From positions 3,427-67,426 of the IMG/VR virus record IMGVR_UViG_3300023105_000025: a DNA stretch of 64,000 bases; one strand, given 5' to 3'. The position numbers and the translations under genes were made by a program. Shown here piece after piece: positions 1 to 8,338 of the stretch. The DNA comes from a virus. Positions within the stretch are counted from its first letter, which is position 1; the number at the start of each line of letters is the position of its first letter. The notes under the pieces are model-generated. The model had not been told where the DNA came from. It ran no database searches and saw nothing but the letters and a program-made list of their open reading frames with translations.

Positions 1-2
1 AA

Positions 3-758
3 TTCGTGGTTCAAGATCACGAATATGATGCTATGAATGAACGTTATCCTGGCAAGGTTTTGCGTCTGCCAAAAGAAATTAAAAAGCTATCTCCAACACG
101 CCAATGGATTTGGGATGAGTTTTATGGAACTCGCCATATGGTTTTAGACGATGACTTTGATCATTTTAAAAATAAAACACCAGCCGAGTTTATGCCTGAA
201 GTTAAAGTTGAAACCAAATGGATCTCAACTAATATGACTGACGAAGAATTTGACGACGCCTTTGATACTTTCAATCGCTGGTGTGATGAGGAAGGTATTT
301 ACCACGGTGGATTTTCTACATCATGGACTGTACCTGACGCCCGCTGGTGGCCGCATCAAGATAATGTTCGTATTGCAACGAACTGTTATTTTGATTCTAA
401 AAATCTTCCACGTAATATTATCTGGGATCGTCTTGAAACATCCCAAGACTTTGACGCCAACCTACAGCTTTTAACTCAAGGTTTTCCAAACCGTGTTAAT
501 ACTAAGTACCGTGTAACTGTCGGTGGTACTAATATTAAAGGTGGTTGCTCAACATATCGTACCACTGAAACAATGACACGAGTTCACAAACAACTTGCCG
601 AGCTATATCCAGACTTTGTATCTTTAAAAGTTAAAAAGCCAAAGTCGGGTCCATTGCAAGGACAGGAATATATTGCTTGTCATATTCAATGGCGTAAGGC
701 TTACGAAGAATCAAAACGTAAGCGCGAGCAAGTTACTGTGGAGGATTTCTTCGCATGA
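3..758 (+). CDS. GT-A fold glycosyltransferase (GREB1/TET-associated-like phage family), 5'-truncated by the window edge
   Basis: Frame is open from the window edge. It has a MVLDDD metal/nucleotide-sugar motif, a QDFD..LQLL..G motif and a GGCS motif, and sits next to nucleotide-sugar genes. Confidence 0.65.
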   Translation, partial: FVVQDHEYDAMNERYPGKVLRLPKEIKKLSPTRQWIWDEFYGTRHMVLDDDFDHFKNKTPAEFMPEVKVETKWISTNMTDEEFDDAFDTFNRWCDEEGIYHGGFSTSWTVPDARWWPHQDNVRIATNCYFDSKNLPRNIIWDRLETSQDFDANLQLLTQGFPNRVNTKYRVTVGGTNIKGGCSTYRTTETMTRVHKQLAELYPDFVSLKVKKPKSGPLQGQEYIACHIQWRKAYEESKRKREQVTVEDFFA

Positions 759-1699
759 AAGTAATGGTGACGGGTGCTGCTGGTTTTATTGGCTTTCACG
801 TAGTCAATAAGCTAGTAGACGAAGGTTATGATGTTTGTGGTATTGATAGTTATAATGCTTATTATGACCCAAACCTCAAAGTTGAAAGAAATAAACGTTT
901 ACCTATCGAGGTTGACGTCGTAGATTTAAAAGATAAAGAAGAACTTAAAATCCATATGGTGCGTGAAAAGCCAGATGCTATTATTCATTTGGCTGCCTAT
1001 GCTGGTGTCCGCTCGTCATTAGAGTTTCCACATGTTTATATTGATAATAACATCTATGGTACTCAAAACTTAATTGACGTTGCTGAAGAACTTGGGATTG
1101 AAAATGCTCTTTATGCTTCAACATCGAGCGTAATGTCTGGCCAACCAATTCCATTTACTGAAACCAATCCTGGTCCGGCGAAACATCCATACGCTATGAC
1201 TAAGATTGCTAATGAATCACAATTTAATTATTCTAAAATTGCAAAAACAATTGGCTTGAGGTTCTTTACCGTATATGGACCTTGGGGTCGTCCTGATATG
1301 GCTTTATTTACATTTACTGACAAAATTATAAAAGGTGAACCAATTGATGTTTATAACCATGGAAACATGACTCGTGATTTTACTTACGTTGACGATATTG
1401 TTAGCGGAATTATGATTCTTTTGAAAGAATGCATAAATAATGATGTACAAATCTTAAATGATGTATATAATATTGGATATGGTGATAGAGTTCCTCTTAT
1501 CCACTTTATTGAACAGATTGAGAATAATTTAGGCAGAGAAGCAAAGAAAAATTATATGGAAATGCATCCTGCCGATGCTGTAGATACTTGGTCTGACACA
1601 TCTAAATTGCGAGCACTTGGATATAAGCCAACAACACCTATTGAAGATGGTGTTTATGAATTTATCCAGTGGTATAAACATTATTATGGAGTTAATTGA
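755..1699 (+). CDS. NAD-dependent nucleotide-sugar epimerase (UDP-glucuronate 4-epimerase-like)
   Basis: TGAAGFIG Rossmann motif, HLAAYAGVR, catalytic YAMTK, RFFTVYGPWGRPDMA, RDFTYVDD. Confidence 0.9.
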   Translation: MKVMVTGAAGFIGFHVVNKLVDEGYDVCGIDSYNAYYDPNLKVERNKRLPIEVDVVDLKDKEELKIHMVREKPDAIIHLAAYAGVRSSLEFPHVYIDNNIYGTQNLIDVAEELGIENALYASTSSVMSGQPIPFTETNPGPAKHPYAMTKIANESQFNYSKIAKTIGLRFFTVYGPWGRPDMALFTFTDKIIKGEPIDVYNHGNMTRDFTYVDDIVSGIMILLKECINNDVQILNDVYNIGYGDRVPLIHFIEQIENNLGREAKKNYMEMHPADAVDTWSDTSKLRALGYKPTTPIEDGVYEFIQWYKHYYGVN

Positions 1700-2541
1700 T
1701 GGAATTTAGAAAAGCAGACATTGCTATCGTAGGACACGGTTTTGTTGGAAAAGCTGTTGATTACGTATTTAATAACGATGTAGCATACAAAACAATCATA
1801 GATCCAAAACTAGGAAACAGTGTAAAAGATCTCGGCAATAATACTATTGCTGATGTTGGATCTTATGACGCTATATTTGTTTGTGTGCCCACACCTATGG
1901 GCGAAGATGGCGAAATTAATTCTGACATTTTGGTTGAAGTTGTTAATGAAGTTAAACAATTTACTGACGGTTTAATTATTATCAAGTCAACTGTAACGCC
2001 GGAAATTATTAGTAGTCTTGCGGGGCCTGGAGTAGTTTATAATCCAGAGTTTTTAAGGGAAGCAACAGCAGTTGCAGATATTCTCACACCTTCGATGCAT
2101 ATTTTTGGTGGGAGTCGAGAAGATACTGATCTAGCAGCTGCACTATTTGAAGAATATAGTTTATGCAAAGCTGCGCCGGTTTATCACATGACAATGGCTG
2201 ACGCATCATTTGTTAAATATGGAATCAATACTTTCCTTGCATCAAAAGTTCTTTGGTTCAATCAATTTTATGATGTAGTTAAAAATAATGGTGGAAATTA
2301 TGGACAAATCGCAAGAGCTATTAGCACTGACCCTCGCATTGGTTATAGTCATATTATGGTACCTGGCCCTGACGGGAAACGTGGATTTGGTGGAGCTTGT
2401 TTTCCAAAAGATACTGCCGCCTTCCTAAAGTTTGCAGGCGAGTTTAGTGTATTGGAAGAAGTTATTAATAGAAACAATGAATACCGTAAAGTTTACGAAA
2501 AAGATGATCGTGAAAAAGAACAAAATATTCATTATGGTTAA
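1699..2541 (+). CDS. UDP-glucose/GDP-mannose 6-dehydrogenase family, short form lacking the C-terminal domain
   Basis: GHGFVG, CVPTP, KSTV, NPEFLRE and catalytic GFGGACFPKD motifs. ATG at 1699 overlaps the upstream TGA. Confidence 0.9.
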   Translation: MEFRKADIAIVGHGFVGKAVDYVFNNDVAYKTIIDPKLGNSVKDLGNNTIADVGSYDAIFVCVPTPMGEDGEINSDILVEVVNEVKQFTDGLIIIKSTVTPEIISSLAGPGVVYNPEFLREATAVADILTPSMHIFGGSREDTDLAAALFEEYSLCKAAPVYHMTMADASFVKYGINTFLASKVLWFNQFYDVVKNNGGNYGQIARAISTDPRIGYSHIMVPGPDGKRGFGGACFPKDTAAFLKFAGEFSVLEEVINRNNEYRKVYEKDDREKEQNIHYG

Positions 2542-2552
2542 TTGGAGTTAGT

Positions 2553-3737
2553 ATGTATTCACACGCAAGTATCGTACCTCTAATTGGTGGTGAAACAATT
2601 GGCGCAACACGTGCGCACGGCCAAGAGCCAGATTATTTCCTATCATACAAAGCATTTGAGGCTAACGATAGTCATATTAGAAATTATTATCCAAATGTAC
2701 CATACTACGTATTAGATGAGGGTGGAAAGGCACCACATAAGGTTGATGTAATCCACACGGTATGTCCATGCGCGGGTCTGAGTACACTCTCTGCGGGGTT
2801 TGGTGACCACAATGAGAACAACAAATGGATGATTGAAACTGCTAACTACGTATTAGGAGAGTTAAAGCCAAAAGTTTTCTGGGGCGAAAATGCTCCAGGA
2901 TTCGCGGGTAAGATTGGTAAAAATGTTAGAGAGCAATTAAGAAAAATTGGTAAAGATAATGGCTATACAATGTCAGTTTACCGAACACGAACTCTATTGC
3001 ATGGAATGCCTCAAGTAAGAGAGCGTTCATTTTATTTCTTTTGGCATGACACCAAAGTTCCATTAATGGAATATTATAACAGGCCATTTACACCCATCGA
3101 GGATTTGATTACTGGAGTTAAATCAAACTTTCAAACTGAAGTTATTAATAATAAAAAGCCAACTGACAACCCTTATTACAAATATATCCTTGAAGAACTA
3201 GAAGGTGGTATTACTCATAAAGAGTTTGCAGCTATGGTAGATCCAGAAACTGTACGCAACTCGACTGTTTTAACTTATATTGAACGTCGTAAAGGTTATC
3301 TTGAAGTTGCTGATTGGATGGAAAAGCATGGATATGATCGTGAGGTAGAAAAATGTAAATATCGCCACGAAAAACTCAAAGCGGGTGGTTCAATTATGAG
3401 ACGAACAACTATTGTTCCTCGTAATTATATTGGAGCATTTGTTGGTCATTATCCATCTTGTCTTGCGCATCCTATTGAAGATCGTTATATTAATTATCGC
3501 GAAGCTATGTCTATTATGGGATTGCCCGAGGACTTTGAGTTATTAGATCCAAAAAAGAATACAAACCATATTTGCCAAAATGTTCCAGTTCAAACTGCGA
3601 CCGATATGGCTACTGAAGTTGTGGCTTATCTTAATGGTGAAAGAAAAATGGTTGACACGGATTATATTTTGCAGTATAATCATCAACAAAGGGCGGAATA
3701 CGTCGAAAAGCAAAATACGTTGGAGGCGTTTATTTAA
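2553..3737 (+). CDS. Divergent C5-cytosine DNA methyltransferase-like protein
   Basis: Motif IV (CPCAGLS), motif VI (GENAPG), motif VIII (PQVRERSF) and motifs IX/X (REAMSIMGLP, QNVPV) are present. Motif I is atypical (SIVPLIGG). Confidence 0.75.
   Translation: MYSHASIVPLIGGETIGATRAHGQEPDYFLSYKAFEANDSHIRNYYPNVPYYVLDEGGKAPHKVDVIHTVCPCAGLSTLSAGFGDHNENNKWMIETANYVLGELKPKVFWGENAPGFAGKIGKNVREQLRKIGKDNGYTMSVYRTRTLLHGMPQVRERSFYFFWHDTKVPLMEYYNRPFTPIEDLITGVKSNFQTEVINNKKPTDNPYYKYILEELEGGITHKEFAAMVDPETVRNSTVLTYIERRKGYLEVADWMEKHGYDREVEKCKYRHEKLKAGGSIMRRTTIVPRNYIGAFVGHYPSCLAHPIEDRYINYREAMSIMGLPEDFELLDPKKNTNHICQNVPVQTATDMATEVVAYLNGERKMVDTDYILQYNHQQRAEYVEKQNTLEAFI
3640..3680 (+). promoter_or_regulatory. Consensus sigma70-type early promoter inside the 3' end of the methyltransferase-like gene
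   Basis: TTGACA (3652-3657), 17-nt spacer, TATAAT (3675-3680), with an A-rich upstream tract. Lies upstream of the ATG at 3737. Confidence 0.8.
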
Positions 3738-4684
3738 TGCAGCAAAATAATGTATCTATTGAAGAATTAAGAAAACATTCTATATTTGTAGGCTCACCAA
3801 TGTATGGTGGTCAATGTGCTGGATCATATTCTAAATCTTGTACTGATTTGGCTATGATTTGTACTGCTAACGGAATTAGTCTAAGATTCTATTATCTCTT
3901 TAATGAAAGTCTTGTTCAAAGAGCTCGTAACTATGTAGTTGATGAGTTTTTGAGATCTGACTGTACTCATCTAATGTTTATTGACTCTGATATTGGTTTT
4001 AATGCTCGTGATGTTCTATCTTTGCTCGCATTACAAATTACTGATCCAGAAAAATACAATATCGTTACTGGCCCTTATCCTAAGAAAACTATTGCTTGGG
4101 AAAAAATTCAAAAAGCTTCGAAGCTAGGATTAGCCGACCAAAATCCATTTGAATTGGAAAAGTACACCGGTGACTATGTATTTAATCCAGTACAAAAAGG
4201 GGGCAGCTTCCAACTGGGTGAGCCACTAGAAATTAGTGAAGGCGGCACAGGATTTATGCTTATTCCACGAGAAACATTTACTAAATATGCTGCAGCATAT
4301 CCTGAATTGAGCTATCTACCAGATCATGCTCGTACAGAGCAGTTTGATGGCTCAAGAGAAATTACAGCTTATTTTGATTGTATGATCGATCCAAATACTA
4401 AACGTTATCTGTCAGAGGATTACTTCTTTTGTCGTAAAGCTGCAGCTATTGGTTTACGTACTTGGATGTGTCCTTGGATGCAATTACATCATATTGGTAC
4501 ATATATCTTTAAAGGCAACATGGGATCTATCGGTCAGCTAGGTGTTTCAGCAACCGCCGATTCCACAAGTAATGCTAAACATTATAAAAAGCAAGCAGCA
4601 CAAGCAGCACCTCAACAACCAGTAAAACAAGCCAATAGGGCTGAAAGGCGCCGCGCTGAAAAACTAGCAAAGAAAAATGGTTGA
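3737..4684 (+). CDS. GT-A fold glycosyltransferase-like protein
   Basis: NESLVQRARN, THLMFIDSD (DxD), GTGFMLI, YLSEDYFFC and HIG motifs, typical of a viral GT-A-like family. Confidence 0.7.
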   Translation: MQQNNVSIEELRKHSIFVGSPMYGGQCAGSYSKSCTDLAMICTANGISLRFYYLFNESLVQRARNYVVDEFLRSDCTHLMFIDSDIGFNARDVLSLLALQITDPEKYNIVTGPYPKKTIAWEKIQKASKLGLADQNPFELEKYTGDYVFNPVQKGGSFQLGEPLEISEGGTGFMLIPRETFTKYAAAYPELSYLPDHARTEQFDGSREITAYFDCMIDPNTKRYLSEDYFFCRKAAAIGLRTWMCPWMQLHHIGTYIFKGNMGSIGQLGVSATADSTSNAKHYKKQAAQAAPQQPVKQANRAERRRAEKLAKKNG

Positions 4685-4709
4685 CAGTATACCTAAATCG
4701 TGATAGAAT
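4669..4709 (+). promoter_or_regulatory. Sigma70-type early promoter for the gp45-gp44 block
   Basis: TTGACA (4681-4686), 17-nt spacer, TAGAAT (4704-4709), with an extended TG at 4701-4702. Confidence 0.8.
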
Positions 4710-4741
4710 TAAAATGTAATGAAACAAGGAGTTCCTATATT

Positions 4742-5404
4742 ATGCAATTTTCTGAACAAGCTCTTACAGTTCTAAAGAGCTTCTCTACTATTAACAAATC
4801 CATTTTAATGAAACCGGGTAACGTTCTCAAAACAATTACTCCTGAGAAAACGCTCGTTGCTCAAGCTACAATCCCAGACCAAATTCCTTCGGGTGCATGT
4901 ATCTATGATTTGTCAAGATTTTTATCAATTTTGTCACTTCATAACCAACCAGACGTCGAGTTTCACGATAAATACTTCGTGATCAGTGAAGGCAAGCGAC
5001 GCACAAAGTATGCCTTTGCAGATGTTTCCATGATACACACCGCGCCTGATAAGGAAATTACAATTCCTGCAGCAGACGTTGTTGTCAACGTCACATGGGA
5101 AGATTTGCAGTCGGTGCTTAAAGCCGCCGGCGTTCTTCAGTTTACTGAAGTTGCATTTGTTGGTCAAGAAGGAAAAGTCTATCTCAAGGCTGTTGATACT
5201 AGTTCAGCCAATGCTGATGACTATGGGATTGAGATTGGCGAAACTGCTGACGAGTTTACGATTGTTATTAAAACAGACAATCTTAAACTTCTTCCGCAGA
5301 ATTATCAGGTTACTCTTTGCGCAAAGGGTATCTCTGAATTTAAAGGAGAAAGTGCAACATATTTTGTTGCAATTGATACAAAGTCGACTTATCAGAAAGG
5401 ATAA
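4742..5404 (+). CDS. 45: DNA polymerase sliding clamp, T4 gp45-like
   Basis: MQFSEQALTVLKSFSTINKSIL and IYDLSRFLSILSL match the gp45 N-terminus. GGAG lies upstream of ATG 4742; the GTG at 4700 falls inside the promoter. Confidence 0.9.
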   Translation: MQFSEQALTVLKSFSTINKSILMKPGNVLKTITPEKTLVAQATIPDQIPSGACIYDLSRFLSILSLHNQPDVEFHDKYFVISEGKRRTKYAFADVSMIHTAPDKEITIPAADVVVNVTWEDLQSVLKAAGVLQFTEVAFVGQEGKVYLKAVDTSSANADDYGIEIGETADEFTIVIKTDNLKLLPQNYQVTLCAKGISEFKGESATYFVAIDTKSTYQKG

Positions 5405-5409
5405 AAAAG

Positions 5410-5700
5410 ATGAATGAACAAGTAGAAGACGCACAGGTTGTTGGCGAACAGCAACAACAAGAACCGGTACAGTTGTCTATGCAAGATATTGCTACATTCG
5501 TGCAAATCATTGATTTAGCGTCTCGCCGTGGTGCTTTTGAAGGCCGCGAAATGGCAGGAGTAGGTGTTCTCCGTAACAAAACGGAAATGTTCCTACGTCA
5601 ACAAGCTCAAATGCAAGGTCAGCAACCACCACAAGGACGTATGCCTGAGGCACCAGCTGATGTTCCAAATGGACCTATGGCCGATAAGGTAGTACAATAA
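5410..5700 (+). CDS. Conserved hypothetical phage protein
   Basis: 96-aa ORF with an AGGA RBS and a QIIDLASRRGAF..E...VG core, followed by a terminator. Confidence 0.75.
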   Translation: MNEQVEDAQVVGEQQQQEPVQLSMQDIATFVQIIDLASRRGAFEGREMAGVGVLRNKTEMFLRQQAQMQGQQPPQGRMPEAPADVPNGPMADKVVQ

Positions 5701-5704
5701 TGGT

Positions 5705-5733
5705 GGGGGCTAATAGCCCCTTCCTTTTCTTTT
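5705..5733 (+). terminator. Rho-independent terminator
   Basis: GGGGCT-AAT-AGCCCC stem followed by TTCCTTTTCTTTT. Confidence 0.7.
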
Positions 5734-5755
5734 ATATTATGATTATGGTGAATGA

Positions 5756-6706
5756 ATGCTTAATGCAAAACAAAATGAAGTGCTCTGGGTTGAGCGCTAT
5801 CGCCCGCAGGTAATTGCGGATACTATTCTTCCCGAAAAAACTAAATCAATGTTTAAAAAGTTTGTTGCGGACAATAATGTTCCCAACCTATTATTGACTG
5901 GTGGTCCAGGTGTTGGTAAAACTACCATCGCAAAAGCTATGCTTGAAGAACTAGACTGCGATTATAAAATCATGAATGGCTCGTTGAATGTTAATATCGA
6001 TGCTATTCGTTATGACATTTCTACATACGCATCGGCAGTATCTCTGCAAGGTGGTCGTAAATATGTAATCTTTGACGAAGCTGATTATCTTAATGCAGCT
6101 AATGTTCAACCAGCTCTCCGCAATTTTATTGAAGAATACTCTTCTAATTGTGGATTTATTTTTACTTGTAACTTTAAAAATCGTATTATTGCACCTCTTC
6201 GTTCCCGTCTATCTGAAGTTGATTTTACAATTGAAACATCAGATCGACCTAAACTTGCAATGCAGTTTATGAAACGAGTGCAAGGAATTCTTGAACAAGA
6301 GCAAGTTGAATATGACCAAGCTGTCGTTGCTAAAGTTATCCAAAAACACTTCCCAGATTTCCGTCGTGTATTGACAGAATTACAATCTTATTCAGCATCC
6401 GGTAAAATTGATGAAGGTATCTTTGTTAACCTCAAACAAGAGTCGATGGATGAACTCTTTCGTTTGCTTAAGGAAAAGAATTTTACTGACATGCGCAAAT
6501 GGGTTGCAAAGAACTCAGATCAAGACATGAATGAAATGTTCCGTCGTATCTATGATATGGCTACAGATAAAGTTGAGATGAGATCTATGCCGGGTTTTGT
6601 CGTGACTCTTGCTGACTATATGTATAAAGCAAACTTTGTTGCAGATCTTGAGATAAATATGGTTGCGTTCCTCACGGAAGTCATGATCGAAACGAGCTTT
6701 AAATGA
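5756..6706 (+). CDS. 44: Clamp loader large subunit (AAA+), T4 gp44-like
   Basis: LWVERYRP, Walker A GGPGVGKTT, Walker B IFDEAD, and SR finger in PLRSR. Confidence 0.95.
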   Translation: MLNAKQNEVLWVERYRPQVIADTILPEKTKSMFKKFVADNNVPNLLLTGGPGVGKTTIAKAMLEELDCDYKIMNGSLNVNIDAIRYDISTYASAVSLQGGRKYVIFDEADYLNAANVQPALRNFIEEYSSNCGFIFTCNFKNRIIAPLRSRLSEVDFTIETSDRPKLAMQFMKRVQGILEQEQVEYDQAVVAKVIQKHFPDFRRVLTELQSYSASGKIDEGIFVNLKQESMDELFRLLKEKNFTDMRKWVAKNSDQDMNEMFRRIYDMATDKVEMRSMPGFVVTLADYMYKANFVADLEINMVAFLTEVMIETSFK

Positions 6707-6912
6707 CAGACATTGCACCAATAGCGCCAATACAAGTTGTAAGTAGTTATGTGGAAAACTATAACAACGGTAAATATGATATTACTTCATCTGTAAAACA
6801 CATAAATGATAATGGCGCGACAAGAATACAAAGCGTAGATATTATTCGTTACGATGGCCACGGTAATCTTATAAGACAAACCCCTCCGCCTAAAGTGGAT
6901 ATTAGCACATGA
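6703..6912 (+). CDS. Hypothetical protein
   Basis: 69-aa ORF with start/stop overlaps to both neighbours. Confidence 0.55.
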   Translation: MTDIAPIAPIQVVSSYVENYNNGKYDITSSVKHINDNGATRIQSVDIIRYDGHGNLIRQTPPPKVDIST

Positions 6913-7115
6913 GCGAGTGGATGAAAAAACTGATAGGTATGCATACCTGTTGGAATTGTGAAAGTTATATTGATAAAAAAAGTATTTACAAAGTAACGGT
7001 TGATACGCTTGAAGGTCCATTGAATTTAACTATGTGCCAAAAGTGTGCTGAAAGCTTTGACGAAATGTTAAAAGAGTTGGAGGAAGCCATTGAAGAAAGA
7101 AATAAGTCCTTTTGA
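6909..7115 (+). CDS. Small CxxC...CxxC zinc-binding protein
   Basis: CWNC and CQKC motifs, in an overlapping-gene arrangement. Confidence 0.65.
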   Translation: MSEWMKKLIGMHTCWNCESYIDKKSIYKVTVDTLEGPLNLTMCQKCAESFDEMLKELEEAIEERNKSF

Positions 7116-7494
7116 TTTTATGAATGCAGTCTCCTTGACAAAGGAAGATCTCATTGGCAACAGTGACAATCCGGATATGACTGAAAAAGAATATAATGCT
7201 TATATTATAAATCGAGGATTTGCCAACTTTCAAGATACAATTCTTCATGCCAATGAAATGAATCAACGAGCTAATTTATTTGACCGAGCTCAATTTGATT
7301 ATTATCGTGGTTCACTGCGCAAGCGTAAACGCTTTTCTAAATGGCCTAAGGCAGACAAGAATAATGACTTGGACGCTATTCAACAAGTATACAAATGTAA
7401 TCGCACAATAGCTAAATTATATCTAAAAGCATTGTCACCTGACGATTTAAAAACCGTACATGAACGATTGTATACCGGGGGAATGGGTAAATAA
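7090..7494 (+). CDS. 62: Clamp loader small subunit, T4 gp62-like
   Basis: SPFDFMNAV, YNAYIINRGF, ANEMN, RKRKRFSKW and terminal TGG motifs. TTG start preceded by GGAGG. Confidence 0.9.
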   Translation: MKKEISPFDFMNAVSLTKEDLIGNSDNPDMTEKEYNAYIINRGFANFQDTILHANEMNQRANLFDRAQFDYYRGSLRKRKRFSKWPKADKNNDLDAIQQVYKCNRTIAKLYLKALSPDDLKTVHERLYTGGMGK

Positions 7495-7561
7495 TAAATA
7501 AACCAGATGGTCATGGTGACGCATCAGCATATAACTATAATAAAAAAGGTGCTGTGTAATA

Positions 7562-7966
7562 ATGCAAGATGAGAATATTTTTAAAGGTGTCGGTGTAGAG
7601 ATTTCATTACCATCGGCCGATAGCTTTTTAAAGGTTAAAGAAACTTTAACGCGTATTGGTATTTCGTCGCGTAAAGAAAGAAAGCTTTATCAGTCGTGTC
7701 ATATTCTACACAAACAAGGACGCTATGCAATTCTACATTTTAAAGAGTTGTTTATCCTTGACGGAAAGAATGATACATTTAGTGACGAAGATAAAGCACG
7801 TAGAAATACAATTGTTAACTTATTAGAAGAATGGGATTTATTGAAAGTGGTAGAGAACGAAAAATCGCAAGATCCAGTTGCACCACTTAATCAAATTAAA
7901 ATATTATCTCATAAAGAAAAAGACAACTGGATATTGGAAGCAAAATATAATATTGGGAAAAAATAA
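7562..7966 (+). CDS. regA: Translational repressor RegA
   Basis: FLKVKETLTRIGISSRK..KLYQSCHILHKQGRYAILHFKELF.LDG is the RegA signature. Confidence 0.97.
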   Translation: MQDENIFKGVGVEISLPSADSFLKVKETLTRIGISSRKERKLYQSCHILHKQGRYAILHFKELFILDGKNDTFSDEDKARRNTIVNLLEEWDLLKVVENEKSQDPVAPLNQIKILSHKEKDNWILEAKYNIGKK

Positions 7967-8301
7967 TGATTAATGTGAAAGCCTCCATTAAAAATGGAGA
8001 ACGTTTGAAATCTTATAATGCTTGGAATAAAGAAATGCCAGTCGTGGTAAAAGGTGTAGGAGGTAACGTTGATTCATTTCAGCTGCCTCCTATGGTTCGT
8101 GTAGCTATCCCGGTAGATCAAACTATTAATGGACCTGCATACATTTATATAGATCAAGAAGCGGCCGTTAAAAAAGGTTTAGCTTTGGTAACTGGCGTAC
8201 AAATTGTTAATGAAGCTTCTTCCACTGACGAGCTTTATATTAAAAACATATCAGATAGCTTAGTTACTATTTCTAACGGTGACGTTTTAGCACAGGTATA
8301 A
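7966..8301 (+). CDS. Degenerate trimeric dUTPase-fold protein, probably catalytically inactive
   Basis: Pattern LPP..RVAIP...KKGLALVTG..I...NISD....I.NGD.LAQ follows dUTPase motif spacing, but the catalytic residues and motif V are absent. Confidence 0.6.
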   Translation: MINVKASIKNGERLKSYNAWNKEMPVVVKGVGGNVDSFQLPPMVRVAIPVDQTINGPAYIYIDQEAAVKKGLALVTGVQIVNEASSTDELYIKNISDSLVTISNGDVLAQV

Positions 8302-8338
8302 ATTGGAGGTTTCATTACATTAACGTAAGGAAACAACC

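Noticed and set aside
4700-4741. GTG-initiated N-terminal extension of gp45 in the ORF track
   Set aside because: It overlaps the -10 box of the promoter. Similarity to gp45 begins at ATG 4742, which has its own RBS.
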